Positions 1-9,729 of a stretch of 38,586 nucleotides of DNA are shown one piece after another (the first letter of the stretch is position 1; the number at the start of each line of letters is the position of its first letter). The notes beneath the pieces were generated by a model. The model ran no database searches. It saw only the letters and a list, made by a program, of their open reading frames with translations, and had not been told where the DNA came from. Source of the DNA: Deltaproteobacteria bacterium (GTDB lineage Bacteria; JACQOV01); contig JACQOV010000083.1 of NCBI GenBank assembly GCA_016202395.1, forward strand, positions 1 to 38,586, read 5' to 3'. Made by a program: the position numbers and the translations under genes.

Positions 1-90
1 CCAGGTACGTTTCCGGGCTTTTTGCTCATCCTCCTTGTCTCGGCTCAGATCCTGATTTTTCGTCACGAACATAGTTTTTAGAGGTGCCCT
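1..90 (-). mobile_element. Partial copy (cut by the window edge) of the 180-bp MITE-like palindromic element at 27809-27988, in inverted orientation
   Basis: The reverse complement of 1-90 matches 27809-27898 at 82/90 nt and includes the 20-bp terminal repeat AGGGCACCTCTAAAAACTAT. Confidence 0.85.
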
Positions 91-100
91 TGAGATAAGA

Positions 101-140
101 TTGTGATGTTAAAGTCACGATTGTGATTTATTTATCACAA
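101..140. promoter_or_regulatory. Tandem dyad sites TTGTGA-N8-TCAC(G/A)A; probable upstream activator sequences for a sigma54 enhancer-binding protein
   Basis: TTGTGATGTTAAAGTCACGA (101-120) and TTGTGATTTATTTATCACAA (121-140) are adjacent palindromes about 115-155 bp upstream of a -24/-12 promoter. Confidence 0.6.
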
Positions 141-191
141 TTAAAATCGATTTAAAAACCTGTGAGGATAAGACATTTCCAGGAGGCTTAA

Positions 192-204
192 GAACCCTTT
201 GATT
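192..204 (-). promoter_or_regulatory. Putative IHF binding site
   Basis: AATCAAAGGGTTC on the - strand has one mismatch to WATCAANNNNTTR and lies between the dyad sites and the sigma54 promoter. Confidence 0.4.
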
Positions 205-253
205 TTAAATGGAAATATGTTATCCTCTATCTAACATTGTTTGAGACGCAGTG

Positions 254-269
254 TGGCATGATTTTTGCA
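254..269 (+). promoter_or_regulatory. Sigma54 (RpoN) -24/-12 promoter of lpxC
   Basis: TGGCATGATTTTTGCA has the GG-N10-GC spacing and is close to TGGCAC-N5-TTGCW; it lies 50 bp upstream of lpxC. Confidence 0.75.
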
Positions 270-319
270 TAGGATTGGGACAAAGAATGATCTCAAGAGG
301 CTGAGGAGGAGATTTTCAG

Positions 320-1246
320 TTGAGATTGAATCTAGCAAAGCAGTTCACTTTGAGAGAGTCGGTTTATTTCGAAGGGGTAGGGCTTCATAGTGGAGGCCGA
401 GCCGAGGTCACTTTGCATCCTGCGCCGGAGGCCACAGGAATCGTTTTTATGAAAGCGATGGGGCGTGGGATGGAGCGGTTTCGCGCCACACTGGATCGTG
501 TGGTCGACACCCAATTGGCTACCACGGTAGGAAATCGGCAATTTCGTGTGGCTACGGTAGAACATTTACTCAGCGCCATCGTTGGGATGGGGATCGATAA
601 TGTTTTTGTAGAGATTTCTGGTGAAGAGATTCCTGTTTTGGACGGGAGCGCTAAGCCTTTTGTGGAAGGAATTCGATCTGCGGGGCTTTTGGAACAACAA
701 AGCCCCCGTTCTTGGATAAAAATTAAAGAGTCCGTCAGTGTCAACGATTATGGTCGCCGGGCCGTTTTACTCCCTTCGGATGAATTTGAGGTGAGTTGTT
801 CTATCTATTTTGACCATCGAACCATTCAAGATCAGTTCTTTCATAACTCTATCTCAGCTCGTGTCTATGAAACAGAAATTGCCCCTTCTCGCACATTTGG
901 TTTCCTCTCCGAGGTGAATCGTCTCCGCTCCATTGGATTGGCGCGAGGCGGGAGTTTAGAGAATGCTGTTGTCATCGGAGAGTTTGGAGTTCTAAATCGT
1001 GAAGGATTAAGATTTGAAGATGAATTCGTTCGACACAAAGTGCTTGATGCGATCGGTGATTTTTCGTTACTGGGTTATCCGATCTTAGGACAACTGGTGA
1101 TTGATCGCTCAGGGCATAGTTTGCACCATCGTTTGATGATGGCCCTTTGGCAAAGCCCTTCTTGTTGGGAGATCACCACGGAGATTCCCACGTCTATCTC
1201 CCCTCTTTACTCTGAAGATTCTCGGTTTGTCTCAACCCATGCTTAA
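320..1246 (+). CDS. lpxC: UDP-3-O-acyl-N-acetylglucosamine deacetylase
   Basis: Motifs GVGLHSG, TVEHLLSA, EIPVLDGSA, IAPSRTFGF, GGSLENA, EFVRHKVLDAIGD; GGAGGAG RBS; TTG start. Confidence 0.97.
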   Translation: MRLNLAKQFTLRESVYFEGVGLHSGGRAEVTLHPAPEATGIVFMKAMGRGMERFRATLDRVVDTQLATTVGNRQFRVATVEHLLSAIVGMGIDNVFVEISGEEIPVLDGSAKPFVEGIRSAGLLEQQSPRSWIKIKESVSVNDYGRRAVLLPSDEFEVSCSIYFDHRTIQDQFFHNSISARVYETEIAPSRTFGFLSEVNRLRSIGLARGGSLENAVVIGEFGVLNREGLRFEDEFVRHKVLDAIGDFSLLGYPILGQLVIDRSGHSLHHRLMMALWQSPSCWEITTEIPTSISPLYSEDSRFVSTHA

Positions 1247-1282
1247 TTCCGTTCTTATCCAAAAAACGAATGGGAACAATGG

Positions 1283-1311
1283 TTTACTTTTGCTCTCAAC
1301 TCCATTAAAAT
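1283..1311 (+). promoter_or_regulatory. Putative sigma70 promoter of the ntrY-like gene
   Basis: TTTACT-17 bp-TAAAAT. Confidence 0.4.
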
Positions 1312-1330
1312 AGCTCCAAGCGTTTTCGCA

Positions 1331-1364
1331 TCTTAGAATTCTTAGAATTTAGAATTCTTAGAAT
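1331..1364 (+). repeat. Short tandem repeat (TC)TTAGAAT x4
   Basis: tcttagaat tcttagaat ttagaat tcttagaat immediately before the sensor-kinase start. Confidence 0.8.
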
Positions 1365-3219
1365 GAGGATCATTGTGAGTCACTCGAACTCGGCTTGGCA
1401 ATATCTGGAGGAGCAAGATCGCCGCCGTCGTCGGCAAGAGCGATGGATTCTAGTTTTGGTTTTGTTGGTGTGGAGCGCGCTAACTTATACGGAGTTTTAT
1501 TACTTTGGACGAACGGCGACGGCTCCTCCCATCCCTAACGAACTTTTTATTTTTGGCCTTATTAATCTTAATATTCTTCTTCTCGTTTTCTTGCTCTTCT
1601 TGATTTTTCGGAACCTTGTAAAACTTCTTTTCGAGCCCAAGAGCTCTGTGCGTTGGGGAGGACTCAGTCGAAAGTTGGGGATCGCTTTTCTAAGTGTGAC
1701 GCTTCTTCCAACCCTCCTCCTCTTTGGGATTGCCTCCCGCTATGTCACGCAAAGTATCGATAGCTGGTTCAGTGAAAAGATCGAGACCTCGCAAGAAAAC
1801 GCTCTTCAAGTTGTTCGAAGTTATTATGCGGACCGCTCTCAAAGCGCGCTGCTCTTAATTCGGGAGGTTGGCAGGGAGATGGGGGAATCGCAAGCATCGG
1901 GTCCAATCCAAGATCTGCAGAATCGCTTTAATCTGGAAGGGCTTGCTGTGCTCAGCTCAGAAGGGAAGGTTCTTGAGAAAAAGGTTTTAGGAGACGCATG
2001 GATGAGAAATCCACCCGAAAAAGAATTCCTGAGCAGAGCTCGAGAGAATCGGGGAGAGGTTCGAGTGATTCGTTTCGGCGAGCAGGACGTGATAGAGGCC
2101 GTAGCCCCTGTTAAGATTTTGGAAGCGGAAACAGGGTGGGTGTGGAGCTGGTCCTTGATCCCCGCTTCACTTTCTAAGGAGATGGAACAGATCTCGACGG
2201 CCTTTGAGGACTACCAACGTCTGGAGATGCATAAAAATCCTATCAAGCAAGGCTATATTTTTACCCTTCTTTTAGTGACCTTGGCGGTTTTGTTTGCCTC
2301 TATCTGGTTTGGGATTTATGTGGCGCGTGGCATGACTCGACCGCTTCAGCAGCTTGCGGAAGGGACACGTAAAATCGCTGCGGGGGATTGGGATGTTTCC
2401 CTGGAAAGCGCTTCCAATGATGAGATGGGAACCTTGGTGAAGTCTTTCAATCGGATGGTCGGCGAGCTCAAAGAGAAACGAGATGAATTAATGCAGACTC
2501 AGAAAATTGCGGCTTGGCAGGAGGTCGCGCGGCATGTCGCTCATGAGATAAAAAATCCTCTAACCCCCATTCAACTTTCCGCCCAGCGTCTTCGACGTCG
2601 TTATCTTGGCCAGTTTCGGGAAGATGCTATTTTTGATAATTGCACGGAGACCATTATCCAACAAGTGGACGAGTTGAAGAGGCTTGTGGATCAATTTGCT
2701 CAGTTTGCTCGTCTCCCAAAACCGATCTTGATGGAGGCCGATCTCAACGAAATTATACGGGAGATTGTTCCGATCTACCAAGAGGGACACAAGGAGATCC
2801 AATTTGACTTGCAATTGAGCGCAGACCTCCCTCTTTTGCAACTCGATCGAGAACAGATCCATCGTGTTTTAATTAACCTCCTAGAGAATGCGGTGGCGGC
2901 CATGGAAGGAGCGGGGAAGATTGCTTTAGGAACCTCTTTTTCTTTAGATTCGGTCCGATTGGAGGTTCGGGATACCGGCGCTGGAATTGACCCTATCCAC
3001 CGAGATCGGATCTTTGAGCCCTATTTTTCCACGAAAGTCAGTGGCACGGGTCTGGGCTTGGCCATTGTTCATCGAATTGTTCAAGATCACAAAGCGAAGA
3101 TTCGTGTGGAGGCCAGTCTGCCTCAAGGAACCGTGTTTATTCTTGAATTTCCAAGGGTTATTTCTCAGTCCGAGGAAATGCAACCGAGAACTTTGTATAA
3201 GGTGGGGGGTCTGAGATAA
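1363..3219 (+). CDS. ntrY: NtrY-like membrane sensor histidine kinase (TM, HAMP, HisKA, HATPase); start may be GTG 1375
   Basis: N-terminal TM segments with NLNILLL and SIDSWF, a HAMP domain, H-box AWQEVARHVAHEIKNPLTPIQLSAQRL, and N/G1/F/G2 boxes. Confidence 0.85.
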   Translation: MRIIVSHSNSAWQYLEEQDRRRRRQERWILVLVLLVWSALTYTEFYYFGRTATAPPIPNELFIFGLINLNILLLVFLLFLIFRNLVKLLFEPKSSVRWGGLSRKLGIAFLSVTLLPTLLLFGIASRYVTQSIDSWFSEKIETSQENALQVVRSYYADRSQSALLLIREVGREMGESQASGPIQDLQNRFNLEGLAVLSSEGKVLEKKVLGDAWMRNPPEKEFLSRARENRGEVRVIRFGEQDVIEAVAPVKILEAETGWVWSWSLIPASLSKEMEQISTAFEDYQRLEMHKNPIKQGYIFTLLLVTLAVLFASIWFGIYVARGMTRPLQQLAEGTRKIAAGDWDVSLESASNDEMGTLVKSFNRMVGELKEKRDELMQTQKIAAWQEVARHVAHEIKNPLTPIQLSAQRLRRRYLGQFREDAIFDNCTETIIQQVDELKRLVDQFAQFARLPKPILMEADLNEIIREIVPIYQEGHKEIQFDLQLSADLPLLQLDREQIHRVLINLLENAVAAMEGAGKIALGTSFSLDSVRLEVRDTGAGIDPIHRDRIFEPYFSTKVSGTGLGLAIVHRIVQDHKAKIRVEASLPQGTVFILEFPRVISQSEEMQPRTLYKVGGLR

Positions 3220-3220
3220 G

Positions 3221-4609
3221 GTGGAAACTGTTGCGAGAAAAGTGCTCGTTGTGGATGACGAAGGGAGCATCCTTCAGTCCCTCAAAGGGGTTCTAGAAGA
3301 CGAGGGATACGAGGTTCAGGTGTGTCAAAGCGGTGGAGGCGCTCTTCATGTCATCCAAGAATCGGCCTTTGATCTGGTAATGCTCGATATTCGGATGCCA
3401 GGCATGGATGGGATTACAACGCTACAGAAGATGCGAGAAATGAACCCGGAGATTCCCGTGGTGATGATGTCAGGACATGGAACCATTGAGACTGCTGTTA
3501 AAACGACGAAACTTGGCGCTTACGACTATGTCGAAAAGCCGCTCTCGGTGGATAAAGTTCTTCTAACGGTGCGTCATGCCTTGGATGAGTTAGCGCTTAA
3601 ACGAGAGAACCGAGGACTTCAGGAGAATTTCAAAAATCGTTACCAAATGATTGGGGAGAGTCCCCCCATGGAAGAGCTCAAGAGACAGATTGGGCAAGTG
3701 GCTCCCACCGATAGTTCCGTTTTGATTACTGGAGAAAATGGAACGGGGAAAGAGCTGGTTGCGCGAAACATTCACCATTTTAGTTCTCGCGCGAATCACC
3801 CCTTTGTGGAGGTGAACTGCGCGGCGATTCCTGAAGAGCTAATTGAAAGCGAGCTCTTTGGACATGAGAAAGGGGCTTTTACCGGCGCCGTTGCCCGACG
3901 ACGAGGAAAATTCGATCTCGCTGATAAAGGCACAATCTTTTTAGACGAGATTGGAGATATGAGTTTAAAGACTCAGGCCAAAATTTTACGGATCCTTCAA
4001 GAGAAACGATTTGAAAGAGTGGGCGGAAAAGAATCGATCCAAGTCGATGTTCGTGTTATTGCGGCAACTAATAAAAAGCTAGAACAAGAGATGGCTCATG
4101 GAAAATTCCGAGAGGATCTTTATTATCGACTCAATGTGATCCCTTTTCATATTCCTCCTCTGCGTGAGAGGAAAGAGGACATCCCTGTCTTTATCGATTA
4201 TTTTTTGAAAGAAAATGGGTCTCTCAACCTTCCAGTGAAAATCAGCCCGGAAGGAATAAAAGCTTTGATGGATTATCATTGGCCGGGCAATGTGCGAGAG
4301 CTCAAAAACCTAATGGAAAGGATTACGATTCTTTCTCCTTCGGAAACGATTCAACGGAAGGATCTTCTCCCGTGGCTCCGTAAGGAAAGTCCTGGGGGGA
4401 ACCCTCGCGCGAGCCGATCTCTTGAAGAGGCCCGGCGGCTGTTCGAAAAAGAGTTCATCGAGAATAAGTTGATTGAGAATCGATACAATATCTCTCGCAC
4501 CGCGGAGGTCATTCAGATCTCGCGAGAAAACCTTTCTCGAAAGATGAAGGCGCTCGGAATCCGTGTGGAGCGAATACAGGCGATGAGCCAGAAATTCCAA
4601 GAAATCTGA
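3221..4609 (+). CDS. ntrX: NtrX-like sigma54-dependent response regulator (REC, AAA+, HTH)
   Basis: Receiver VVDDE...LDIRMPG, Walker [38 protein letters not shown], Fis-type HTH. Confidence 0.88.
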   Translation: METVARKVLVVDDEGSILQSLKGVLEDEGYEVQVCQSGGGALHVIQESAFDLVMLDIRMPGMDGITTLQKMREMNPEIPVVMMSGHGTIETAVKTTKLGAYDYVEKPLSVDKVLLTVRHALDELALKRENRGLQENFKNRYQMIGESPPMEELKRQIGQVAPTDSSVLITGENGTGKELVARNIHHFSSRANHPFVEVNCAAIPEELIESELFGHEKGAFTGAVARRRGKFDLADKGTIFLDEIGDMSLKTQAKILRILQEKRFERVGGKESIQVDVRVIAATNKKLEQEMAHGKFREDLYYRLNVIPFHIPPLRERKEDIPVFIDYFLKENGSLNLPVKISPEGIKALMDYHWPGNVRELKNLMERITILSPSETIQRKDLLPWLRKESPGGNPRASRSLEEARRLFEKEFIENKLIENRYNISRTAEVIQISRENLSRKMKALGIRVERIQAMSQKFQEI

Positions 4610-5523
4610 TGATTGAAATATTACTCGACAATTTAAAGCGGTATTTCTATTTTGTTCATTTCGCGTTGGTCACCCTTTGCGCCTTCTTTGCTTCTCAGAT
4701 TGTTGCGGACTTTATCGCTCATCGCATCGGCGTCCCTTCCATCGCCGAGGTGGGAGCTCCCTCTGGGGAGATTTCGGAGCCCTCTTCTCGATCCGCCGCT
4801 CGAGCGGTTAGTAAGACTGCGTATAACTCCATTATCGATAGAAATATTTTTAACTCCCAAGCGACAGGATTAGAAGGAATCCCGGGTGAGATCTCCGAAA
4901 ATCTTCCTCCAACTCCTCTGCAGGCCCAACTTCTGGGGACCATTGTGGGGCCTGCGGATTATCCGGAGTATTCTTTTGCTGTGATTGAGGATAAGGTGGC
5001 GAAAGAGACCTCCGTCTATCATGTGAACGACCTTGTTCAAAATCAAGCGAGGATTATTCAAATTGAAAGAAACCGCGTCGTGATTTATCGCGATGGGAGA
5101 CAAGAGTCCCTTCTTTTATTTGAGCAAGAAACTCCCACACTCACCCCTTCGACCTCCACCAGTTCTAAGGAATCTGGAAGTGTGCAAGTTCGAGAGGTGG
5201 GAGAAGGAACTTACGAGGTTTCGCGCCAAGAATTCGAATCTGCGACAAACAACATGGGAACTTTGTTGACTCAAGCGCGAATTGTGCCGAATCTTTCTGA
5301 AGGTCAAGTTGATGGGTATAAGGTTTTTGCGATCAAAAAGGGGTCTCTTTACGAAAAGATTGGGCTTCAGAATGGGGATGTGATAAAAAACATTAATGGC
5401 ATTAATATCTCGAGCCCTGAAAAAGCTCTCCAGTTGTTCCAAGATTTAAGGAACGAGAGCGCATTTGCCGTAGAATTAACACGAAATGGACAACCCATGA
5501 CCCTTAACTATTCGATTCGATAA
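4609..5523 (+). CDS. gspC: Type II secretion protein C (TM, HR domain, PDZ)
   Basis: N-terminal TM, RNIFNS, LLGTI HR domain, C-terminal PDZ (KIGLQNGDVIKNING); precedes the secretin. Confidence 0.9.
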   Translation: MIEILLDNLKRYFYFVHFALVTLCAFFASQIVADFIAHRIGVPSIAEVGAPSGEISEPSSRSAARAVSKTAYNSIIDRNIFNSQATGLEGIPGEISENLPPTPLQAQLLGTIVGPADYPEYSFAVIEDKVAKETSVYHVNDLVQNQARIIQIERNRVVIYRDGRQESLLLFEQETPTLTPSTSTSSKESGSVQVREVGEGTYEVSRQEFESATNNMGTLLTQARIVPNLSEGQVDGYKVFAIKKGSLYEKIGLQNGDVIKNINGINISSPEKALQLFQDLRNESAFAVELTRNGQPMTLNYSIR

Positions 5524-5536
5524 AAAGGAGCTTTTG

Positions 5537-8008
5537 ATGAGAAAATTGTTAGGGTACGGTATCCTGACCCTCGTTTTGATGAGTTTCTCGGAGGGGTTTT
5601 CAGCGGAGGGGCCTGATCAATCGCTAGAGCCACCCTCGCCAGGCCCGTCCATTGCGATTCCAGAAACGACAGTGGCCACCCCTCCGGTGGAGCCCCTCAA
5701 AGAGCCTGAACCTGTTCCAGTTCCTCAGCCCTCCAATGAACAAAAGCCGGTGGAACCTCCCAAAGGGGGTCCTGCGACAAAGGCCCCGCTCCCGAAAGAC
5801 GCCAAGATCAGCATCGACTTTAAGGATATTGAGATTCGGGATCTCGTCCGAACCATCAGCGAGCTCACCGGCCAAAATTTTTTGGTGGATGACAAGGTTC
5901 GTGGGAAGATTACGATTATTTCCCCGACCCCCGTGACGCCAGAAGAGGCCTATGAGGTTTTCTTGTCGGTGCTGGCGGTCAATGACCTCACCGTTGTCAA
6001 AGTGGGGAAAATCAATAAGATTATTCCCGCCCGCGAAGCCAAAGAGACCCCCATCGAGACGATTGTAAACGCTAAGACGAGTATTAAACCTCAGGACAAG
6101 TACGTGACCCGCCTGATTCCTCTGTATTACATTGATGCGGGAACCATTGTGGATGCCTTAAAGGGGCTTATCTCAAAGTATGGGAATTTACAGGCCTATG
6201 AACCCACCAATACCTTGATTCTCACTGACACGGCCTCCAATATCGATCGGCTTCTCCGAATTATCTCCCGCCTGGATACCGATGTCTACAGCGAACGGAT
6301 TGAGGTCATCACTCTCAAGTACGCCTCCGCAAAAACGATATCGAGCTTGATCAGCAGTCTCTATACTGCAAAAACAGGGAGGGGAAAACCCAAAGAGGGA
6401 AGTCCCACCGTTGAGAAGATCTTATCGGATGATCGAACCAACTCCGTTATCATCGTTGCCAATCAACCTGATCTCGAAGCGATCAAGGAACTCATTGCCA
6501 AGTTGGATATTGAAGTTCCCGCCGGGACGGGACAGATTCATGTTCATTACCTCCAAAACGCCGATGCCGATGGGGTGGCCTCCACCCTTTCCAATCTCAC
6601 TCAAGGGGCAGGGCAGCCTCGGCAACCGGGTCAGACTGCGGCCGTGGCCGAGTTTGTAGGAGGCATCAAGATCACAGCGGATAAATCGACCAACTCTCTT
6701 GTAATTGTTGCGGACCCTCAAGATTATGAAACCCTCAAAGCGGTGATTGACAAACTCGATATCCGCAGACGCCAAGTTTTTGTGGAGGCTGCCGTCGTTG
6801 AAATCTCAGTCGACAAATTGAGAGACATCGGACTCTCCTTCCATGGAGGAAATGCGGCGAGTGACGGTGGAATTATCACGGGGGGATCGAATCTGGGGCC
6901 TGTCAGCACTTTAGGGCTCGATCCCACCTCTCTGGCGGGTCTTTCCGGCCTTGTCCTCACCGGCTTCGGCGATAACATTACCGTCACCGATTCGAGCGGA
7001 AATGAGGTTCAAGTTCCCGCCTTTGGAGCCCTTTTGCGCCTCATCCAAACCGACAGGGATGTTAATTTGCTCTCGACTCCTCATCTGTTAACGACGGACA
7101 ATGAGGAAGCGGAGATTGTGGTCGGTTCCAACGTTCCGTTCCAAACGGGAACGAGTCAATCCCCCACCAGCACGGTAGTGACCATTCAACGACAGGATGT
7201 CGGTTTAACCTTAAGGCTCAAACCCCAAATCAATGAGGGGGATTTTGTGAAGCTCAACATCTTTCAGGAGGTGACCTCTGTCATTGAAAGTCCTCCAGGG
7301 GTGGATGCGGCCACCGTCGGGGTCACCACCTCAAAACGCTCTGCCAAAACCGTGGTGGTGGTCAAAGACCGTCAAACGGTGGTGATTGGCGGACTGATTA
7401 CGGACAATCTCCGAAACGCTGAAAGTAAGATCCCAATCTTGGGGGATATCCCGATCTTGGGGTGGCTCTTCCGTTCCAGAAGTCACCGCGTTGAGAAGAC
7501 CAATCTGCTGATTTTTCTCACTCCTTACGTTGTCAAAGGGCCTGAGGACATGGATGACATTAAGAGGGTGAAAGAATCCGAGAAGAAACTCTTCATGGAG
7601 CATGTCGGAGCAAGAAAGCCAAACCGGTCGTATATCGAGAATAGAGAGGAGTTTACACCTCCCAAGGAAGCAACCCCCTCCAGTTACACCATCACTCCTT
7701 CAAAATCGACTTCCGAGGAGAAGAGAGAAAAGAGGCCCTCTTCGAAATACGAGATCGAATGGAGTGAAGAGGAGATGAAGGAGAAACAAACTCCAACGGA
7801 ACCTCTAATGGAACCCCCAACGGAATCCAAAGAAGAGCCCGTTGTTCCTAAAGAAACATCCTCTCCATCTCAAGAGATACCGGCTCAAGAGATGCCGGAG
7901 ATTCAAAAGCCTGTGGAGATTCCTCCGACCCCTTCTACCGAAGAGTCAACCCCTTTTGTAGCTCCTGAGGGGGAGGTGCAACCGTCCGCGATAGAGGAGG
8001 GGAGGTAA
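5537..8008 (+). CDS. gspD: Type II secretion secretin
   Basis: Signal peptide, N0 domain (IDFKDIEI...VRGKITII), N domains, secretin motifs LSTPHLLTTDNEEAEIVVG and KIPILGDIPILGWLFR; AAAGGAG RBS before ATG 5537. Confidence 0.95.
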   Translation: MRKLLGYGILTLVLMSFSEGFSAEGPDQSLEPPSPGPSIAIPETTVATPPVEPLKEPEPVPVPQPSNEQKPVEPPKGGPATKAPLPKDAKISIDFKDIEIRDLVRTISELTGQNFLVDDKVRGKITIISPTPVTPEEAYEVFLSVLAVNDLTVVKVGKINKIIPAREAKETPIETIVNAKTSIKPQDKYVTRLIPLYYIDAGTIVDALKGLISKYGNLQAYEPTNTLILTDTASNIDRLLRIISRLDTDVYSERIEVITLKYASAKTISSLISSLYTAKTGRGKPKEGSPTVEKILSDDRTNSVIIVANQPDLEAIKELIAKLDIEVPAGTGQIHVHYLQNADADGVASTLSNLTQGAGQPRQPGQTAAVAEFVGGIKITADKSTNSLVIVADPQDYETLKAVIDKLDIRRRQVFVEAAVVEISVDKLRDIGLSFHGGNAASDGGIITGGSNLGPVSTLGLDPTSLAGLSGLVLTGFGDNITVTDSSGNEVQVPAFGALLRLIQTDRDVNLLSTPHLLTTDNEEAEIVVGSNVPFQTGTSQSPTSTVVTIQRQDVGLTLRLKPQINEGDFVKLNIFQEVTSVIESPPGVDAATVGVTTSKRSAKTVVVVKDRQTVVIGGLITDNLRNAESKIPILGDIPILGWLFRSRSHRVEKTNLLIFLTPYVVKGPEDMDDIKRVKESEKKLFMEHVGARKPNRSYIENREEFTPPKEATPSSYTITPSKSTSEEKREKRPSSKYEIEWSEEEMKEKQTPTEPLMEPPTESKEEPVVPKETSSPSQEIPAQEMPEIQKPVEIPPTPSTEESTPFVAPEGEVQPSAIEEGR

Positions 8009-8010
8009 CG

Positions 8011-9729
8011 ATGGCGGGAGAGCGCCGATTGGGAGAAATTTTGGTGGAGATGGGAGCGATTCAACCGGATCGGTTGGAAGAGGCGCTTCAAGTTCAACGT
8101 GAAAAAGGAGGGAAGCTTGGAGAGATTTTACTGAAATTAAAGGCTATCGAAGAGGCCGATCTTTATCGCGCTCTGGGCATCGCTTTTGGGATGCGATATC
8201 TGCCTAAGTTAGAGCTCGCCGCGATTGATTCGACATTGGTCAGTCAAATTCCCATCAATTTTGCTAAAAAAAATCTCCTCGTTCCTTTAAAGAGGAGCGC
8301 CTCCGTGATAGAGGTTGCCATTGCCGATCCCCACAACTTGTACCCTGTGGATGATGTTGCCTTAATCTTTGGAAGTCGAGTGGAGCCGATTCTTGCCAGT
8401 CCAAGCTCGATTGTGGAGGTCATCAACGCGCTTTACGAGCGATCTTCCGACACCGCGGAAAGCATGATGGGAGATTTGGAGGAGCAGATTGATCTGGATT
8501 CCGTGGCCACCGGCTTGGACGAACCGATCGATCTGCTCGAGGCCGAGGACGAGGCGCCGATCATTCGTTTAGTGAACTCCCTCCTGTATCAAGCCGTTAA
8601 AGAACGGGCGAGCGATATCCACATCGAGCCGGCGGAGCGAGAGCTTGTGGTTCGGTTCCGAGTGGATGGAGTTCTCTACGATATTATTCGTCCCCCTAAA
8701 AGGATTCAGTCGAGCGTGGCCTCCCGCATCAAGATTATGGGGGGGCTCAACATCGCTGAGAAACGACTCCCTCAAGACGGCGGTTTTCGAATTAAGATTG
8801 CGGGGAAAGACATCGACATTCGTCTCTCAGCGATCCCGACTTTTTTTGGGGAACGAATCGTCATGCGTCTGCTCGATCGATCGAGTGTGTTAATTGGTTT
8901 GGAGCAACTCGGTTTCTCCAAAGATTACCTCGAAGTCATGCATCGGTTAATTGGCTTGAGCCATGGAATACTTCTGGTGACTGGGCCAACAGGAAGTGGG
9001 AAAACCACAACGCTCTACGCCGCTTTAAGCCGGATCAACAAGCCTGGAATCAACATTATCACGGTAGAGGATCCGGTAGAATATCAGTTAAAAGGGATCG
9101 GTCAGGTTCAGGTGAATTCCAAGATCGAGCTGACCTTCGCAACCGCTCTTCGTTCCATCTTGCGTCAGGATCCTGATGTGATCATGATCGGAGAGATTCG
9201 AGATCTGGAGACGGCCGAGATTGCCATTCAAGCCTCCCTCACAGGGCATCTCGTTCTTAGCACCCTTCATACGAATGATGCCGCGGGAGCGATCACCCGT
9301 CTTGTCGATATGGGGGTGGAACCTTTTTTGGTCTCCTCATCTGTCGTTGCGATTTTAGCCCAACGTCTTGTTCGCCTTGTTTGCAAGGAATGCGGGGAAC
9401 GGTATGAGCCTACCGATGCGGAACTTCAGGAGATTGGGTTGGAGCGAAATCAGCTCTCCGAAGGGAAGCTCTATCGAGCCCAAGGATGTCAAAAATGTTT
9501 GAAAACGGGTTACATGGGGCGAAGCGGAATTTACGAGCTCCTGCTTGTGGATGATGCGATTCGCGGGATGGTCACCGGAAATGTGGACTCGATGTCGATC
9601 CGGAAAGAGGCAATCAAAAAAGGGATGAGAACACTTCGAGAGGATGGCGCTTTAAAAGTGGCGCAAGGAGAGACAACCACGGAGGAGGTTTTAAGGGTGA
9701 CTCAGGAAGACATGATCGAGATACGATAA
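8011..9729 (+). CDS. gspE: Type II secretion ATPase
   Basis: MshEN-like RLGEIL N-terminus, ASDIHIEP, GPTGSGKTT, LRQDPDVIMIGEIRD, tetracysteine motif. Confidence 0.95.
   Translation: MAGERRLGEILVEMGAIQPDRLEEALQVQREKGGKLGEILLKLKAIEEADLYRALGIAFGMRYLPKLELAAIDSTLVSQIPINFAKKNLLVPLKRSASVIEVAIADPHNLYPVDDVALIFGSRVEPILASPSSIVEVINALYERSSDTAESMMGDLEEQIDLDSVATGLDEPIDLLEAEDEAPIIRLVNSLLYQAVKERASDIHIEPAERELVVRFRVDGVLYDIIRPPKRIQSSVASRIKIMGGLNIAEKRLPQDGGFRIKIAGKDIDIRLSAIPTFFGERIVMRLLDRSSVLIGLEQLGFSKDYLEVMHRLIGLSHGILLVTGPTGSGKTTTLYAALSRINKPGINIITVEDPVEYQLKGIGQVQVNSKIELTFATALRSILRQDPDVIMIGEIRDLETAEIAIQASLTGHLVLSTLHTNDAAGAITRLVDMGVEPFLVSSSVVAILAQRLVRLVCKECGERYEPTDAELQEIGLERNQLSEGKLYRAQGCQKCLKTGYMGRSGIYELLLVDDAIRGMVTGNVDSMSIRKEAIKKGMRTLREDGALKVAQGETTTEEVLRVTQEDMIEIR

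Noticed and set aside
101-140. Rex or CRP binding sites
   Set aside because: The spacer is N8, whereas Rex and CRP sites have N6 between the half-sites; the position fits a sigma54 UAS better.
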